Shown: positions 18,454 through 37,436 of the stretch, in pieces
Position numbering within the stretch: the stretch's first letter is position 1
Layout: the number at the start of each line of letters is the position of its first letter
Assembly: GCA_963664225.1 (NCBI GenBank)
Contig: OY760937.1
Coordinates: 3,968,001 to 4,032,000, forward strand
DNA: 64,000 bases
Source: Verrucomicrobiia bacterium
GTDB lineage: Bacteria > Verrucomicrobiota > Verrucomicrobiia > Limisphaerales > UBA1319
Direction of reading: 5' to 3'
Translations under genes and position numbers: made by a program
Notes under the pieces: model-generated
What the model saw: only the letters and a program-made list of their open reading frames with translations
Database searches by the model: none
Told to the model about the DNA's origin: nothing

Positions 18454-19191
18454 ATGGGCAATATATTATTTATCACTGGAACGGACACGGGAGTGGGTAA
18501 GACGGTGTTGACCTCCTTGCTGTACGCGCATTTAACCCGGCAAGGTATTGCGGTTCGCGCGCTCAAGCCGTTCTGCACGGGAGATCGCGAGGACGCGCTT
18601 GTGCTATGGCGGCTGCAGGCTGGGGCTGTGGATCTCGAGCAGATCAATCCGTGGTATTATAGGAAGCCGCTTGCACCCTGGGTGGCAGCGGGGGGGCGCA
18701 GGCTTGGGGTCCCTTTGAAGGCTGTCTTGGAACATATTAAGATTCAGGCACAGCAGAGTCGTCTTCTTTTGGTGGAAGGCATTGGTGGGCTGATGGTTCC
18801 GTTGTCAACAGGCTATGGGGTATTGGAGGTGATTGTCGGGATTGGCTGCCCGGTATGTATTGTGGCGCCCAATCAATTGGGGGTGATTAATCACGTTTTG
18901 CTCACGGTTAACGCGCTCAAGACGCACAAAATAGCGAATTGGAGGGTGGTTTTGATGGAACGGGGGCAAAAAGGGGCGGCGGAGCGGACAAATCTTTGGG
19001 CTTTGCGTAAACTTTTAGGTGAAGAGCGGGTGGTTGTAATAAAACATATCAATTCTATTATATTGGAAATGAACAACTTAACTAAGTTATCAAAAATACT
19101 TCAAAAACCTCTTGCACTCGCGGCAGGATTCCGTAACTTGTCGCAACGTTACGGCGCGGTATGCGAGGTGGCGCAAGGAAAACGGGACTGA
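18454..19191 (+). CDS. bioD: Dethiobiotin synthase
   Basis: FITGTDTGVGKT, LKP, VEGIGGLMVPL, LGVINH. Confidence 0.93.
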   Translation: MGNILFITGTDTGVGKTVLTSLLYAHLTRQGIAVRALKPFCTGDREDALVLWRLQAGAVDLEQINPWYYRKPLAPWVAAGGRRLGVPLKAVLEHIKIQAQQSRLLLVEGIGGLMVPLSTGYGVLEVIVGIGCPVCIVAPNQLGVINHVLLTVNALKTHKIANWRVVLMERGQKGAAERTNLWALRKLLGEERVVVIKHINSIILEMNNLTKLSKILQKPLALAAGFRNLSQRYGAVCEVAQGKRD

Positions 19192-19366
19192 AAGAAACTG
19201 AAAAAAAAGTTTCAAAGATAGTTGACAGTCCGAGTGATGACGGTAGAGTGACCGGGCTTTTAGGAGAATACTGCGAATCGAAATGGAAAACGATTTGGTG
19301 TGTTCGAAAAAAAAGTAAAAGAAAAGTTTGAAATAGAATTGACAGGAAGAGCGGGAAGGGTAGAGT
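19112..19366 (+). promoter_or_regulatory. Tandem rRNA promoters
   Basis: TTGCAC-16-TAACTT (19112), TTGACA-16-TAGAGT (19222), TTGACA-16-TAGAGT (19339), each with an A-rich UP region; boxA-like GCTCTTTGAAAA at about 19467. Confidence 0.8.
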
Positions 19367-19601
19367 GGGCGCTCTTGAATGGATCCAGGTTAACTGGTAA
19401 GAAAGACCAGGACGTGGTTTTGTCGTCTCGAGAGAGACGGGGATTTTTGGGTGGAAACGCCTAAAGCTCTTTGAAAATTGAATTGTGCGATAAGTTAGAG
19501 CCCCTCAAAGGCCAGGAGGCGCAAGCCGAATGGTTTTTGAGATTTTAATCATAGTTAATAAATCCAAGTCTATAGGATTTGGTGAATCGACTAACGTTTT
19601 T

Positions 19602-21182
<1,581 letters not shown>

Positions 21183-21341
21183 AGTATCCGGGGTAAAAAC
21201 CGGATGCAAAGTTCGAACCATGACGCAAGTTTTGGAGAGGGCTCGCTTATCGCACAATTCAATTTTTAAAAGGGTTTTGGGGAGTTCTTTGCAAACCTGT
21301 CGGGTGAGGGCGAAACCCTCTGGCGTTAAAAGGCCGGGGAA

Positions 21342-21416
<75 letters not shown>

Positions 21417-21451
21417 GGGGCCCGAAGCGGGCAGGGAGAGTTCAGCCAAGC

Positions 21452-21528
21452 GGGCCTGTAGCTCAGTTGGTTAGAGCATGCGCTTGATAAGCGCAGGGTC
21501 ACTGGTTCAAGTCCAGTCAGGCCCACCA
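21452..21528 (+). tRNA. tRNA-Ile(GAU)
   Basis: GGGCCTG/CAGGCCC acceptor, anticodon GAT, encoded CCA. Confidence 0.97.
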
Positions 21529-21667
21529 TCTCCTCCACCGCACGATTTTTGACCGGAGCAATCCGGCCAGGTTCTTTGACAACTATACATGGTAAGATAG
21601 TAATAAGGGTAAAATTACAGTGAGCTGAGTTCTATTGTGTTTCTAACGAACCGATAGATATTTTTTT

Positions 21668-24527
<2,860 letters not shown>

Positions 24528-24624
24528 AATACAACAAAATGATCAATTTCTCAGTATCAGGGTAGTTTGACCCAATATCCCCATGTATAGTTTTCAGAGA
24601 ACCTGTGGTTCTTTATAACACTTT

Positions 24625-24740
24625 TTTGGTGACCATAAAGCTGTGGTCCGACCCGATCCCATCCCGAACTCGGCCGTCAAACACAGCCTTGCCGATGGTA
24701 GTACTTGTATAGCTCGTGCGAGAGTAGGTTGTCGCCAAAT
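24625..24740 (+). rRNA. rrf: 5S rRNA, operon 1
   Basis: TTTGGTGAC...CCCATCCCGAACTC...GAGAGTAGGTTGTCGCCAAA. Confidence 0.96.
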
Positions 24741-24830
24741 CTTTTATTAATCAAGCCGGAGAAAGCAGCCCGGCTTTTGAATTTAGCGCCTTTGCTTCAA
24801 ACGGGCGCGAAAGAAAAGTTTGAAATAGAA

Positions 24831-24858
24831 TTGACAGGAAGAGCGGGAAGGGTAGAGT
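24831..24858 (+). promoter_or_regulatory. Single rRNA promoter of operon 2
   Basis: TTGACA-16-TAGAGT, a copy of 19339-19366. Confidence 0.8.
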
Positions 24859-25093
24859 GGGCGCTCTTGAATGGATCCAGGTTAACTGGTAAGAAAGACC
24901 AGGACGTGGTTTTGTCGTCTCGAGAGAGACGGGGATTTTTGGGTGGAAACGCCTAAAGCTCTTTGAAAATTGAATTGTGCGATAAGTTAGAGCCCCTCAA
25001 AGGCCAGGAGGCGCAAGCCGAATGGTTTTTGAGATTTTAATCATAGTTAATAAATCCAAGTCTATAGGATTTGGTGAATCGACTAACGTTTTT

Positions 25094-26674
<1,581 letters not shown>

Positions 26675-26833
26675 AGTATCCGGGGTAAAAACCGGATGCA
26701 AAGTTCGAACCATGACGCAAGTTTTGGAGAGGGCTCGCTTATCGCACAATTCAATTTTTAAAAGGGTTTTGGGGAGTTCTTTGCAAACCTGTCGGGTGAG
26801 GGCGAAACCCTCTGGCGTTAAAAGGCCGGGGAA

Positions 26834-26908
<75 letters not shown>

Positions 26909-26943
26909 GGGGCCCGAAGCGGGCAGGGAGAGTTCAGCCAAGC

Positions 26944-27020
26944 GGGCCTGTAGCTCAGTTGGTTAGAGCATGCGCTTGATAAGCGCAGGGTCACTGGTTC
27001 AAGTCCAGTCAGGCCCACCA
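26944..27020 (+). tRNA. tRNA-Ile(GAU)
   Basis: Copy of 21452-21528. Confidence 0.97.
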
Positions 27021-27159
27021 TCTCCTCCACCGCACGATTTTTGACCGGAGCAATCCGGCCAGGTTCTTTGACAACTATACATGGTAAGATAGTAATAAGG
27101 GTAAAATTACAGTGAGCTGAGTTCTATTGTGTTTCTAACGAACCGATAGATATTTTTTT

Positions 27160-30019
<2,860 letters not shown>

Positions 30020-30116
30020 AATACAACAAAATGATCAATTTCTCAGTATCAGGGTAGTTTGACCCAATATCCCCATGTATAGTTTTCAGAGAACCTGTGG
30101 TTCTTTATAACACTTT

Positions 30117-30232
30117 TTTGGTGACCATAAAGCTGTGGTCCGACCCGATCCCATCCCGAACTCGGCCGTCAAACACAGCCTTGCCGATGGTAGTACTTGT
30201 ATAGCTCGTGCGAGAGTAGGTTGTCGCCAAAT
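30117..30232 (+). rRNA. rrf: 5S rRNA, operon 2
   Basis: Copy of operon 1 5S. Confidence 0.96.
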
Positions 30233-30244
30233 CTTTTATTAATC

Positions 30245-30279
30245 AAGCCGGACAATAATATGTCCGGCTTTTTTATTTT
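30245..30279 (+). terminator. Intrinsic terminator of rRNA operon 2
   Basis: AAGCCGGACA-ATAATA-TGTCCGGCTT followed by a T tract. Confidence 0.85.
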
Positions 30280-30303
30280 ACTGCCTGCGGCAAACAGGCC
30301 ACA

Positions 30304-31095
30304 TTGAGTCGAGTGAAAATTCTTTTTATTGGCGACGTCGTTGGTGAGCCGGGACGCAGGGCAGTCCAAACGCTGGTTCCCACGATGCGCCGTGACCTGG
30401 GTCTGGATTGGGTGGTTGCCAATGGGGAGAATATTGCCGGGGGATCCGGCATCACGATCAAGACGGGCAGTTCGCTGCTGGATTCAGGTGTGGATGTCAT
30501 CACGAGCGGTGATCATATCTGGGATCAAAAGGAGTCCATGGGGTGGATCGTTCAGGAGCCCCGCCTGCTCAGGCCAATTAATTATCCGCCGGAAGCTCCG
30601 GGGCACGGTAGTATTCTACTTGAGAAGGATCCATTTACCCGCCTGGCCGTCATCAATGTTCAAGGACGGGTTTTCATGCAGGCTTTGGAGAATCCCTTCG
30701 TGGTTATTCAGCAGGAAGTGGCCCGATTGCGCGCCTTGACGCAGAATATTCTGGTCGATATTCATGCGGAGGCGACTTCGGAGAAAATTGCCATTGCGCG
30801 TTTTCTGGATGGCCAGGTCAGTGCGGTTATTGGAACTCACACGCATGTGCAAACTGCGGATGAACAGATTTTTCCAGGGGGCACGGCATTTTTGTGCGAC
30901 GCGGGATTTACTGGACCGCAGGAAAGTGTTCTCGGCCGGCAAATCGGGCCTGTCATCAAGAGGTTCATGACTTGCCTGCCGCAACGTTTTCCTGTGGCTG
31001 AAGGCTCGATTGAGTTGCAGGGAGTCATCGTGGAGATCGACAACGAAACGGGCAAGGCCACGAAGATTGAGCGTGTTCGCAAACGCCTTCCATGA
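30304..31095 (+). CDS. ymdB: YmdB/TIGR00282 family metallophosphoesterase
   Basis: FIGDVVGEPG, ANGEN, DIHAEATSEK, GTHTHVQTAD. Confidence 0.92.
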   Translation: MSRVKILFIGDVVGEPGRRAVQTLVPTMRRDLGLDWVVANGENIAGGSGITIKTGSSLLDSGVDVITSGDHIWDQKESMGWIVQEPRLLRPINYPPEAPGHGSILLEKDPFTRLAVINVQGRVFMQALENPFVVIQQEVARLRALTQNILVDIHAEATSEKIAIARFLDGQVSAVIGTHTHVQTADEQIFPGGTAFLCDAGFTGPQESVLGRQIGPVIKRFMTCLPQRFPVAEGSIELQGVIVEIDNETGKATKIERVRKRLP

Positions 31096-31120
31096 CGAGT
31101 GTGCCGAGCCGTTTTAGCGT

Positions 31121-33862
31121 TTAACGGCTCAATACATAGCTACTTGGCGCAAAGGGTTTCAGGGTTGCCTGAAATGAGCCGTTCTTGATGGTAATGCGCG
31201 GTCCATTGACAGAACCACGCAGATCAACCGGTTCTGCGTAATTCAAATCAAGTCCAGTCGCACCCCTTGGCAGGCGCACCTGGCATTTTCCCGAATAACC
31301 GGCCATTTCCCAGAGCCGTAAGACAATGCCATCGCCATCTGGGTTAGGGCCAAAGGCGGTGATTTTTATCCCGCGCTGGGATAGTTCCAATCCGGTCTGA
31401 GTTACAGGTGATTTGCCACCGCTGTTTTCTGCAGTCGCAGCCAACAAGGGTTGGCGTGATTCTTCTGATGGGGTGATCAGGGATTTTTCGGAATTTTCAC
31501 CATTCACTGTCCAGATGCGTATTCGCGAGGTCCATGTGCCTTGATTCCAGAGGCGGAAGTTTGTGCTCCACTGATTATTGAAGAGATTCACGAAAACATT
31601 GGGCGCTTTTGGAGAATAGTATTTCGAATATTGGTAACATCCCGGTTCGCCAAGGCTGACCAGTGGGTTGTCCATTGGGCATAGTCCGATGCCGCGACCG
31701 CTACGGTCTTGAATGGTCATTCCTGTGTTCAGGGCAAGAATGTCAAAATTGCAGCCGGGAATGATATCCATGGACGGATTTACGATGGAACCGAGGCGGC
31801 CCAATTTAAATTCCGGTTGGTCGATATTGAATGGCAGGCAAAGCCATCCGGCCTCAGGCCAGGGGTCAAAGGGTTTGTTGTGGAGCGTGATTTCCAGGTC
31901 CACATAGGGCAGGTTGCGATACATAATCACGCGCGTGGTGGTTGCATGGGCGAGGGTGGAATCGGCCACCGACTCCTTGATGGCAATCGCGGAAATGGGT
32001 GTTTGCTCGATATGCATGGAAAAAGTGCCCGGTGAAACGTTCACGCCATGGATCTCGGAGGCTGGAGGCAGACTCGGTTTGCCCAGTTCGTTGGTGCCCC
32101 ATTCTGCGTCGATTTTTACATAGGCTTTGACATACGACTGCACCTGATCGTGGTCGAACCGCTGATAGAGATATTGCCCAAAACCATAATTGGCAGAGGG
32201 ATTGACAAGCTCGCGACCGGATTTTTTATCGACCAGAGACCGAATCGTTCCATGCGAAGGATCCAGGGCAATTCTAAACCAGGCATTTTCCATGGTCCCT
32301 GCCGGAGAATCCACGGAAATATGGGATGGAGCGAGTTCCGCTTTTATTGGCACAAAGGTGCGGTATCCCATAGCCGGAATATCGTGTGCAATGAATTGAA
32401 GCGCATTGTCTGCGAAGGTCGTTGGGCACACTTCCCGGCCATCGACGGCTTTGAGGGCCGCGATGGCTTTTGACGAGGCCGGAACGCTGACGAGGTCGGA
32501 ACGTTTCCAGGGTAGGGGGTTATAGACCACAATTCTATAGCCTTGGGCTTGAACGGATTGGGCGAGTGATTCGAGGTCGGATCGCAGTAGCGGCGCGATT
32601 AAATTGGTGACATTCTGGATGTGGGCGGTGTGTTCGTCCCAGGAGGATTCAATGCGATCGAAGCGGCCCGCAGCGCGGTCGGCGCGCCAGGAGTTGCCGA
32701 ATTTCAATTGGTATTTGCCATACATCCAGGTAAAGGCACCGCCCCAAGTATGTTCGCCATAGAGCAGGCTTTCCTCGTAGGAGTTGGCGATTGTTGTGCC
32801 GATGGAGGGCCTCGGAATGCCCCAGGCCAATAATTGTGTGTGAAGGGCTTCTGCTGAAGTGATTTCCGGGCGGAAATTGCGGGCCAGTTTGGCACCTGCG
32901 GGATCGGACATGGGACCGTGAATCCAAGTGTCGGGCATGTCGCCGCGAACGATGGGCAGGTTCGGTTTTTCGGCGAGGAGCGCGTCGGAAAAGTCTGAGA
33001 GGCGTCCAATGCGGATTTTCACTCCGGGACATTCTTTGGCAGCTCGATCAAGGACGTCCTTGACCTCTTCGGGTGTCGGCGGGCCGTGGTTATCGCCGGT
33101 ATGGATGAGGGCGAGCCAGGTTTTGTGCGGCCAGTTGGGTGGGGGAACCAGACCGGTTCCGTAGCCTTCCGTCGTGTACATGGTGAGCAGACGGGAACCA
33201 TCGGGTCCCTGCCACCAAAACAACGGGGGCACGAGTGGTGAACTGCTGGCGGCGTTGCAACCCAAATGGAGAAAATCGACGCCGGCGTTTTTCAAAAGGG
33301 TTGGGAGAATCCAGGAATGGCAGGGGACATCGGTCATTTTGGCGTCGCGCGGCAGTTCCAGATGCAGCGACCGGGACAAACGCGAGGAATAGCCGAGTCC
33401 ACGGACCAGGTCTTCGAGTTCGAGCAATTCGGTATGGGTGGAGAAGGGCAGGGCGTGAACCATGAAGCGTCCGTCCTGCATGGCTTGGAGAATGCGTTGC
33501 TTGCGGTCGGGCGTCTGCCCTGGCCAGTCCTCGAGGATCTTGGTCATCGGCCATCCAGGAACGGTCCAGACGAATTGCTGCTCCCTGGGAAGAAGCCGAT
33601 TCTGGTCCACCACTTTCAGGGCGGCATCCATCATGGTGGTGCGATAGCGCTGAACGACGTTGCTGGCCATGTCGGTGTATCCGATGTCGAAGTGGGTTTT
33701 GAACACGACGATGACCTGATTGACGCTGGTGGCATTGGTGGTGGCCGAGGCCGCAGCGTGGCTGAAGGCGACTGGCATCAATGAAAAAATGAGAATGAGT
33801 AAGGCCAGGAGGACACCTGGGGTGAACTGCGCTAACCGGGATATGGTCTGCGGTGGTTTCAT
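31121..33862 (-). CDS. Secreted GH38-like glycoside hydrolase (alpha-mannosidase fold)
   Basis: KTHFDIGY, MTDVP, FWWQGPDGS, GDNHGP, EHTWG, VYNPLPWKR; signal peptide. Confidence 0.8.
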   Translation of the reverse strand: MKPPQTISRLAQFTPGVLLALLILIFSLMPVAFSHAAASATTNATSVNQVIVVFKTHFDIGYTDMASNVVQRYRTTMMDAALKVVDQNRLLPREQQFVWTVPGWPMTKILEDWPGQTPDRKQRILQAMQDGRFMVHALPFSTHTELLELEDLVRGLGYSSRLSRSLHLELPRDAKMTDVPCHSWILPTLLKNAGVDFLHLGCNAASSSPLVPPLFWWQGPDGSRLLTMYTTEGYGTGLVPPPNWPHKTWLALIHTGDNHGPPTPEEVKDVLDRAAKECPGVKIRIGRLSDFSDALLAEKPNLPIVRGDMPDTWIHGPMSDPAGAKLARNFRPEITSAEALHTQLLAWGIPRPSIGTTIANSYEESLLYGEHTWGGAFTWMYGKYQLKFGNSWRADRAAGRFDRIESSWDEHTAHIQNVTNLIAPLLRSDLESLAQSVQAQGYRIVVYNPLPWKRSDLVSVPASSKAIAALKAVDGREVCPTTFADNALQFIAHDIPAMGYRTFVPIKAELAPSHISVDSPAGTMENAWFRIALDPSHGTIRSLVDKKSGRELVNPSANYGFGQYLYQRFDHDQVQSYVKAYVKIDAEWGTNELGKPSLPPASEIHGVNVSPGTFSMHIEQTPISAIAIKESVADSTLAHATTTRVIMYRNLPYVDLEITLHNKPFDPWPEAGWLCLPFNIDQPEFKLGRLGSIVNPSMDIIPGCNFDILALNTGMTIQDRSGRGIGLCPMDNPLVSLGEPGCYQYSKYYSPKAPNVFVNLFNNQWSTNFRLWNQGTWTSRIRIWTVNGENSEKSLITPSEESRQPLLAATAENSGGKSPVTQTGLELSQRGIKITAFGPNPDGDGIVLRLWEMAGYSGKCQVRLPRGATGLDLNYAEPVDLRGSVNGPRITIKNGSFQATLKPFAPSSYVLSR

Positions 33863-34123
33863 GGGAATCAATGGATGAAATATTTTGTGAGGTGTCAATG
33901 AAACTTGGAATGGGGAACGGCGGTAAGAAGTCGATATGAACCACGAAATGCGCGAAATGGGAAGGGAAAGATATTTCAAAGCTAACGTTTGGAGATCACC
34001 CGCTTTTGTGGAGAGGTTTTTTGGGTTAATTGTCTTGAAGAAATGTTCTGGCGCGCACCCTGTGCTTCAAATGCCCTCTCTTTTCAGTTGCGATGGAACC
34101 GAGGCGAGGCATTCTATGAATGA

Positions 34124-35218
34124 ATGATTAGAGCGGGCCAGTCATTGGATTTGTGGCGCGCCTGGACAAACTCACTTGTCCGGGCGTTTGCACTTTCATT
34201 GGCCTTCCATTTCATTTTGTTCAGCGGAATCGAGATCGGACGGTCGATGGGCCTGTGGCAGACGACCGCAATTCCCGCCTGGCTCTCCGAGGCGGTAATT
34301 GAAAGCATGCGCACGTCCGCCGAGCAGAGCAAAAAGAACAAGGAACAGGACCTTGCCAGCATGCACGAAACACCGCTGCTCTTTGTGGAGGTGGATCCTG
34401 TTCAAACGGTGGTGACGCCGCCCAAAGAGGCCAAGTATTATTCCTCGCGCAATTCGACGGCGGCGAATCCTGACCCCGTCAAAGAGACGGAGGACCCTAA
34501 AATCGAGGGCAAACAAACCAAGGTCACCAAGACTCTTGATGTTTCCAAGCTTCAGCCAGCTCCAACCCCCAAGCCGGATCCCCTCAAGCCCACGCCCGAG
34601 ACGCCAAAACCGCTCGAGCCCACCGTGGCCGAGGCCAAGCCAGAGGTGAAACCCCAGCCTGCGGTTGCGCAGGAAGAGGTCACACCCGGTCCCAAGCCCG
34701 GCGATATGGATATTGCCTCGGCCCAACCGAAACCGGCAGGCGCGCCTCCGGCCGCTCAACCATCCGCGCCTGCAACCGCAAGCCCGGAACCGCGCGTGCG
34801 TCCGCGCACAATTGCGGCGGCGCTGGCGCAAAAAGGGGTGCTCATTGGCGAGAAATCCAAGCAGGACGGTGGTGTGAAACGCCGGGCCACGATGTCCTCG
34901 CTGGATGTCAAGGCAACCCCGTTTGGGGCGTATGACGCGGCGATCATCGCGGCCATCCAGCAGCGCTGGTTCGATTTGCTTGACCAGAATGACTACACGC
35001 GTGGACGCACGGGCAAGGTGGTGCTGGATTTTCGACTGATGCAGGACGGGCGCATCACGGTGATGCAGGTGTCCGACAATGACGTGGGCGAATTACTGGG
35101 ACTGGTCTGCCAACGGGCCGTGCTGGATCCGGCGCCCTACGCTCCGTGGCCCGCCGACATGAAGAGGATGCTGCATTCGAATTACCGCGATGTGCGTTTC
35201 ACCTTTTATTATGAATGA
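34124..35218 (+). CDS. TonB/TolA-like energy transducer
   Basis: N-terminal TM with S...H, Pro/Lys-rich linker, C-terminal IQQRW...DGRI domain; upstream of exbBD. Confidence 0.8.
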   Translation: MIRAGQSLDLWRAWTNSLVRAFALSLAFHFILFSGIEIGRSMGLWQTTAIPAWLSEAVIESMRTSAEQSKKNKEQDLASMHETPLLFVEVDPVQTVVTPPKEAKYYSSRNSTAANPDPVKETEDPKIEGKQTKVTKTLDVSKLQPAPTPKPDPLKPTPETPKPLEPTVAEAKPEVKPQPAVAQEEVTPGPKPGDMDIASAQPKPAGAPPAAQPSAPATASPEPRVRPRTIAAALAQKGVLIGEKSKQDGGVKRRATMSSLDVKATPFGAYDAAIIAAIQQRWFDLLDQNDYTRGRTGKVVLDFRLMQDGRITVMQVSDNDVGELLGLVCQRAVLDPAPYAPWPADMKRMLHSNYRDVRFTFYYE

Positions 35219-35271
35219 AATGAATTCTGTCTTTTCGCTGATTAACTAGCCCGTTATTATAAACAATTATT

Positions 35272-35889
35272 ATGTGGGAATTCTTAAGAGCTGGCGGACC
35301 ATTCATGTTTTTTCTGGTCCTGACCTCTGTTGTGGCCGTGGCTTTCATCATCGAACGGGGTCTCGCGTTGCGCTGGCCCAAGGTCATTCCCCCTGCCGTT
35401 GAGGAAGCCATGCAGCACTGCCATGATCCCGAGGACCTCGGCCGCTTCCGCAACATTTGTCAGGCCCAGCCCTCGGCGTTGAGCCGGTTGCTGCTGATCG
35501 CCATGGAACACCTGGGATCCGCCAAGGCCGAGGCGTCGGACGCCGTGCAGACGCAGGCCCGCCATGAGGTGCTGCTGCTCGAGCGCGGACTGGTCATTCT
35601 CGAAATCATCGTGGGCATCGCCCCGCTGCTCGGACTGGTTGGCACCATTCACGGTTTGATCACGCTCTTCGGCGACCTGGCCCGCGCCGGATTGAACGAT
35701 AACACCGTTGTTGCCAAAGGCATCGCCATCGCGTTGAACACCACGCTGACCGGCCTGCTCATCGCCATTCCATCGCTGATCGCCTGGAGTTATTACAACA
35801 AGAAAGTGGAGACCATGGCCGTGGAAATGGAGCGCATGCTCGATGAATTCCTGCGGCGGCTTTACAAGAAAAAAAAGGTCAAGGCCTAG
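35272..35889 (+). CDS. exbB: MotA/TolQ/ExbB proton channel
   Basis: APLLGLVGTI.G, GIAIALNTT..GL.IAIP. Confidence 0.9.
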   Translation: MWEFLRAGGPFMFFLVLTSVVAVAFIIERGLALRWPKVIPPAVEEAMQHCHDPEDLGRFRNICQAQPSALSRLLLIAMEHLGSAKAEASDAVQTQARHEVLLLERGLVILEIIVGIAPLLGLVGTIHGLITLFGDLARAGLNDNTVVAKGIAIALNTTLTGLLIAIPSLIAWSYYNKKVETMAVEMERMLDEFLRRLYKKKKVKA

Positions 35890-35892
35890 GCC

Positions 35893-36312
35893 ATGAAATT
35901 TATCACGCGCAAGCGGCGTACCGCGCCCACGATCATCATCATTTCGTTGATCGACATCCTGATCGTGCTCCTGATCTTTCTGATGGTATCGACCACATTC
36001 AAGCAGCAGCCCGCGCTCAAACTGGCCCTGCCCGAATCCAAACAGGGCAAACCCGGCGCGTCTGAAAACAGCCCTCTGGTGGTCACGATTGCCAAACAGG
36101 CTCCATACTTGTATCTCAATACCGATCCGGTCACGGCAGATCGCCTACAGAGTGAATTGATGAGTCGCGTGGCGAAGAATCCCCAGCTCACTCTCGCCAT
36201 CCGCGCGGACACAGACGCACCTTTCGGTCAGATCGTCAAAGTGATGGACATGGCCAAACTGGCCCATGTCAAATCCGTGAGCGCCTTCACGAAGAATAAT
36301 GCGGGGCAATAG
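35893..36312 (+). CDS. exbD: ExbD/TolR biopolymer transport protein
   Basis: SLIDILIVLLIFLMV, IRAD...PFG.IVKVMD. Confidence 0.9.
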   Translation: MKFITRKRRTAPTIIIISLIDILIVLLIFLMVSTTFKQQPALKLALPESKQGKPGASENSPLVVTIAKQAPYLYLNTDPVTADRLQSELMSRVAKNPQLTLAIRADTDAPFGQIVKVMDMAKLAHVKSVSAFTKNNAGQ

Positions 36313-36387
36313 CGGCGGCCGACGGGACTCGGACCTTCAATAAAAATTAAGGCGGAAACGGCGCGAAGCGTCAAAAAATCGTATTCA

Positions 36388-36633
36388 TTACGAACGCTCA
36401 ACCGCCTCTGGATAAGCAATGCGCACCAGGAGCGGCGCGCCGCGCAAGAGCCAGTAGGCCACGAGAAGCGGCCAGCAAAGCATGAGGACGGCAACGAATG
36501 AATTGCTGGCGGCGCTGGAGAAGAACATCGGGATGGCCACCGGCAGCCCGATCAATCCGTGATAAAGGAAACCCAAGCCGAGAAGGCGGACGGCGAGTTT
36601 GAATATTTCTTTCGATGTCATGGTGATTTGCAT
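36388..36633 (-). CDS. Small two-TM membrane protein
   Basis: Two hydrophobic helices; 8 nt downstream of the preceding gene. Confidence 0.6.
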   Translation of the reverse strand: MQITMTSKEIFKLAVRLLGLGFLYHGLIGLPVAIPMFFSSAASNSFVAVLMLCWPLLVAYWLLRGAPLLVRIAYPEAVERS

Positions 36634-36641
36634 GTGATGTA

Positions 36642-37028
36642 TCAGACCTCCGATTTTTGATCCTCCAGCAGCGCTCTGGCTCTCTCATAATCACGGGGAG
36701 TGGTCTGGATGCGAACGTATCCAAAGGTGTTCAGGTTGAACCCGATGGTCTGCATCAAATACTCGTCGGGAATAAAGGCTGTAATCCCCGCTGAACGCAG
36801 TCTGCTCACAATCATGTCCGCTGCTCCAAGCGTTTCGCATGTTACGAGGGTCACAAAGTCCTTCTGGCTGTCCTGCGGCGATAGTGGTGCGAACTCATAC
36901 GTTGGTCGATCGGGATTGGGACCGCTTGCCGCAGCAGCGACAGAGTCCGCGACGAGCGGGGTGTGGTCGATGGGACACTCGACGACGTCGTCCTGAAAAT
37001 CGGCACCGCAGTAAGAGCATGTTCTCAT
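36642..37028 (-). CDS. Zinc-ribbon plus DUF2007-like putative signal transduction protein
   Basis: CSYCG...CPID..PL; A.MIVSRLRSAGI.AFI.DE; DYERARALL. Confidence 0.7.
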   Translation of the reverse strand: MRTCSYCGADFQDDVVECPIDHTPLVADSVAAAASGPNPDRPTYEFAPLSPQDSQKDFVTLVTCETLGAADMIVSRLRSAGITAFIPDEYLMQTIGFNLNTFGYVRIQTTPRDYERARALLEDQKSEV

Positions 37029-37436
37029 ATTGGTATGCAGCAAATGGTCGGGCCGGCCAACCGTGGTTATGGTCTCCAATCAAAACACCGGAATCAAACC
37101 GGGGTTTCCAGTGGAAGATTGAGCGCATAATAAACCGGAGCATGCATTCATGGCAAGTATAAAATGGTTGTTTTTGAAGTGGCTTTGGGTTACAGAATGA
37201 ACCGGTTCAAACTTTCCCACGGAGAAATTGTTTGCCACCCGGTTATAATGATTCGCCTGATGCAGCGTGCAAACTCCAGTGTTGTTACGAAATGGTTGGT
37301 TTCTAGAGAATATGGTTGGACTTTGTCATCAAGATTCGGGGGTAATCATAACTATTGACATCGCGGTGCATGTCAAGCATGAATTGGCCATGCCATGTCC
37401 ATTGCGAGTTCCATATGCAGTGAAGGCGGGCGCATT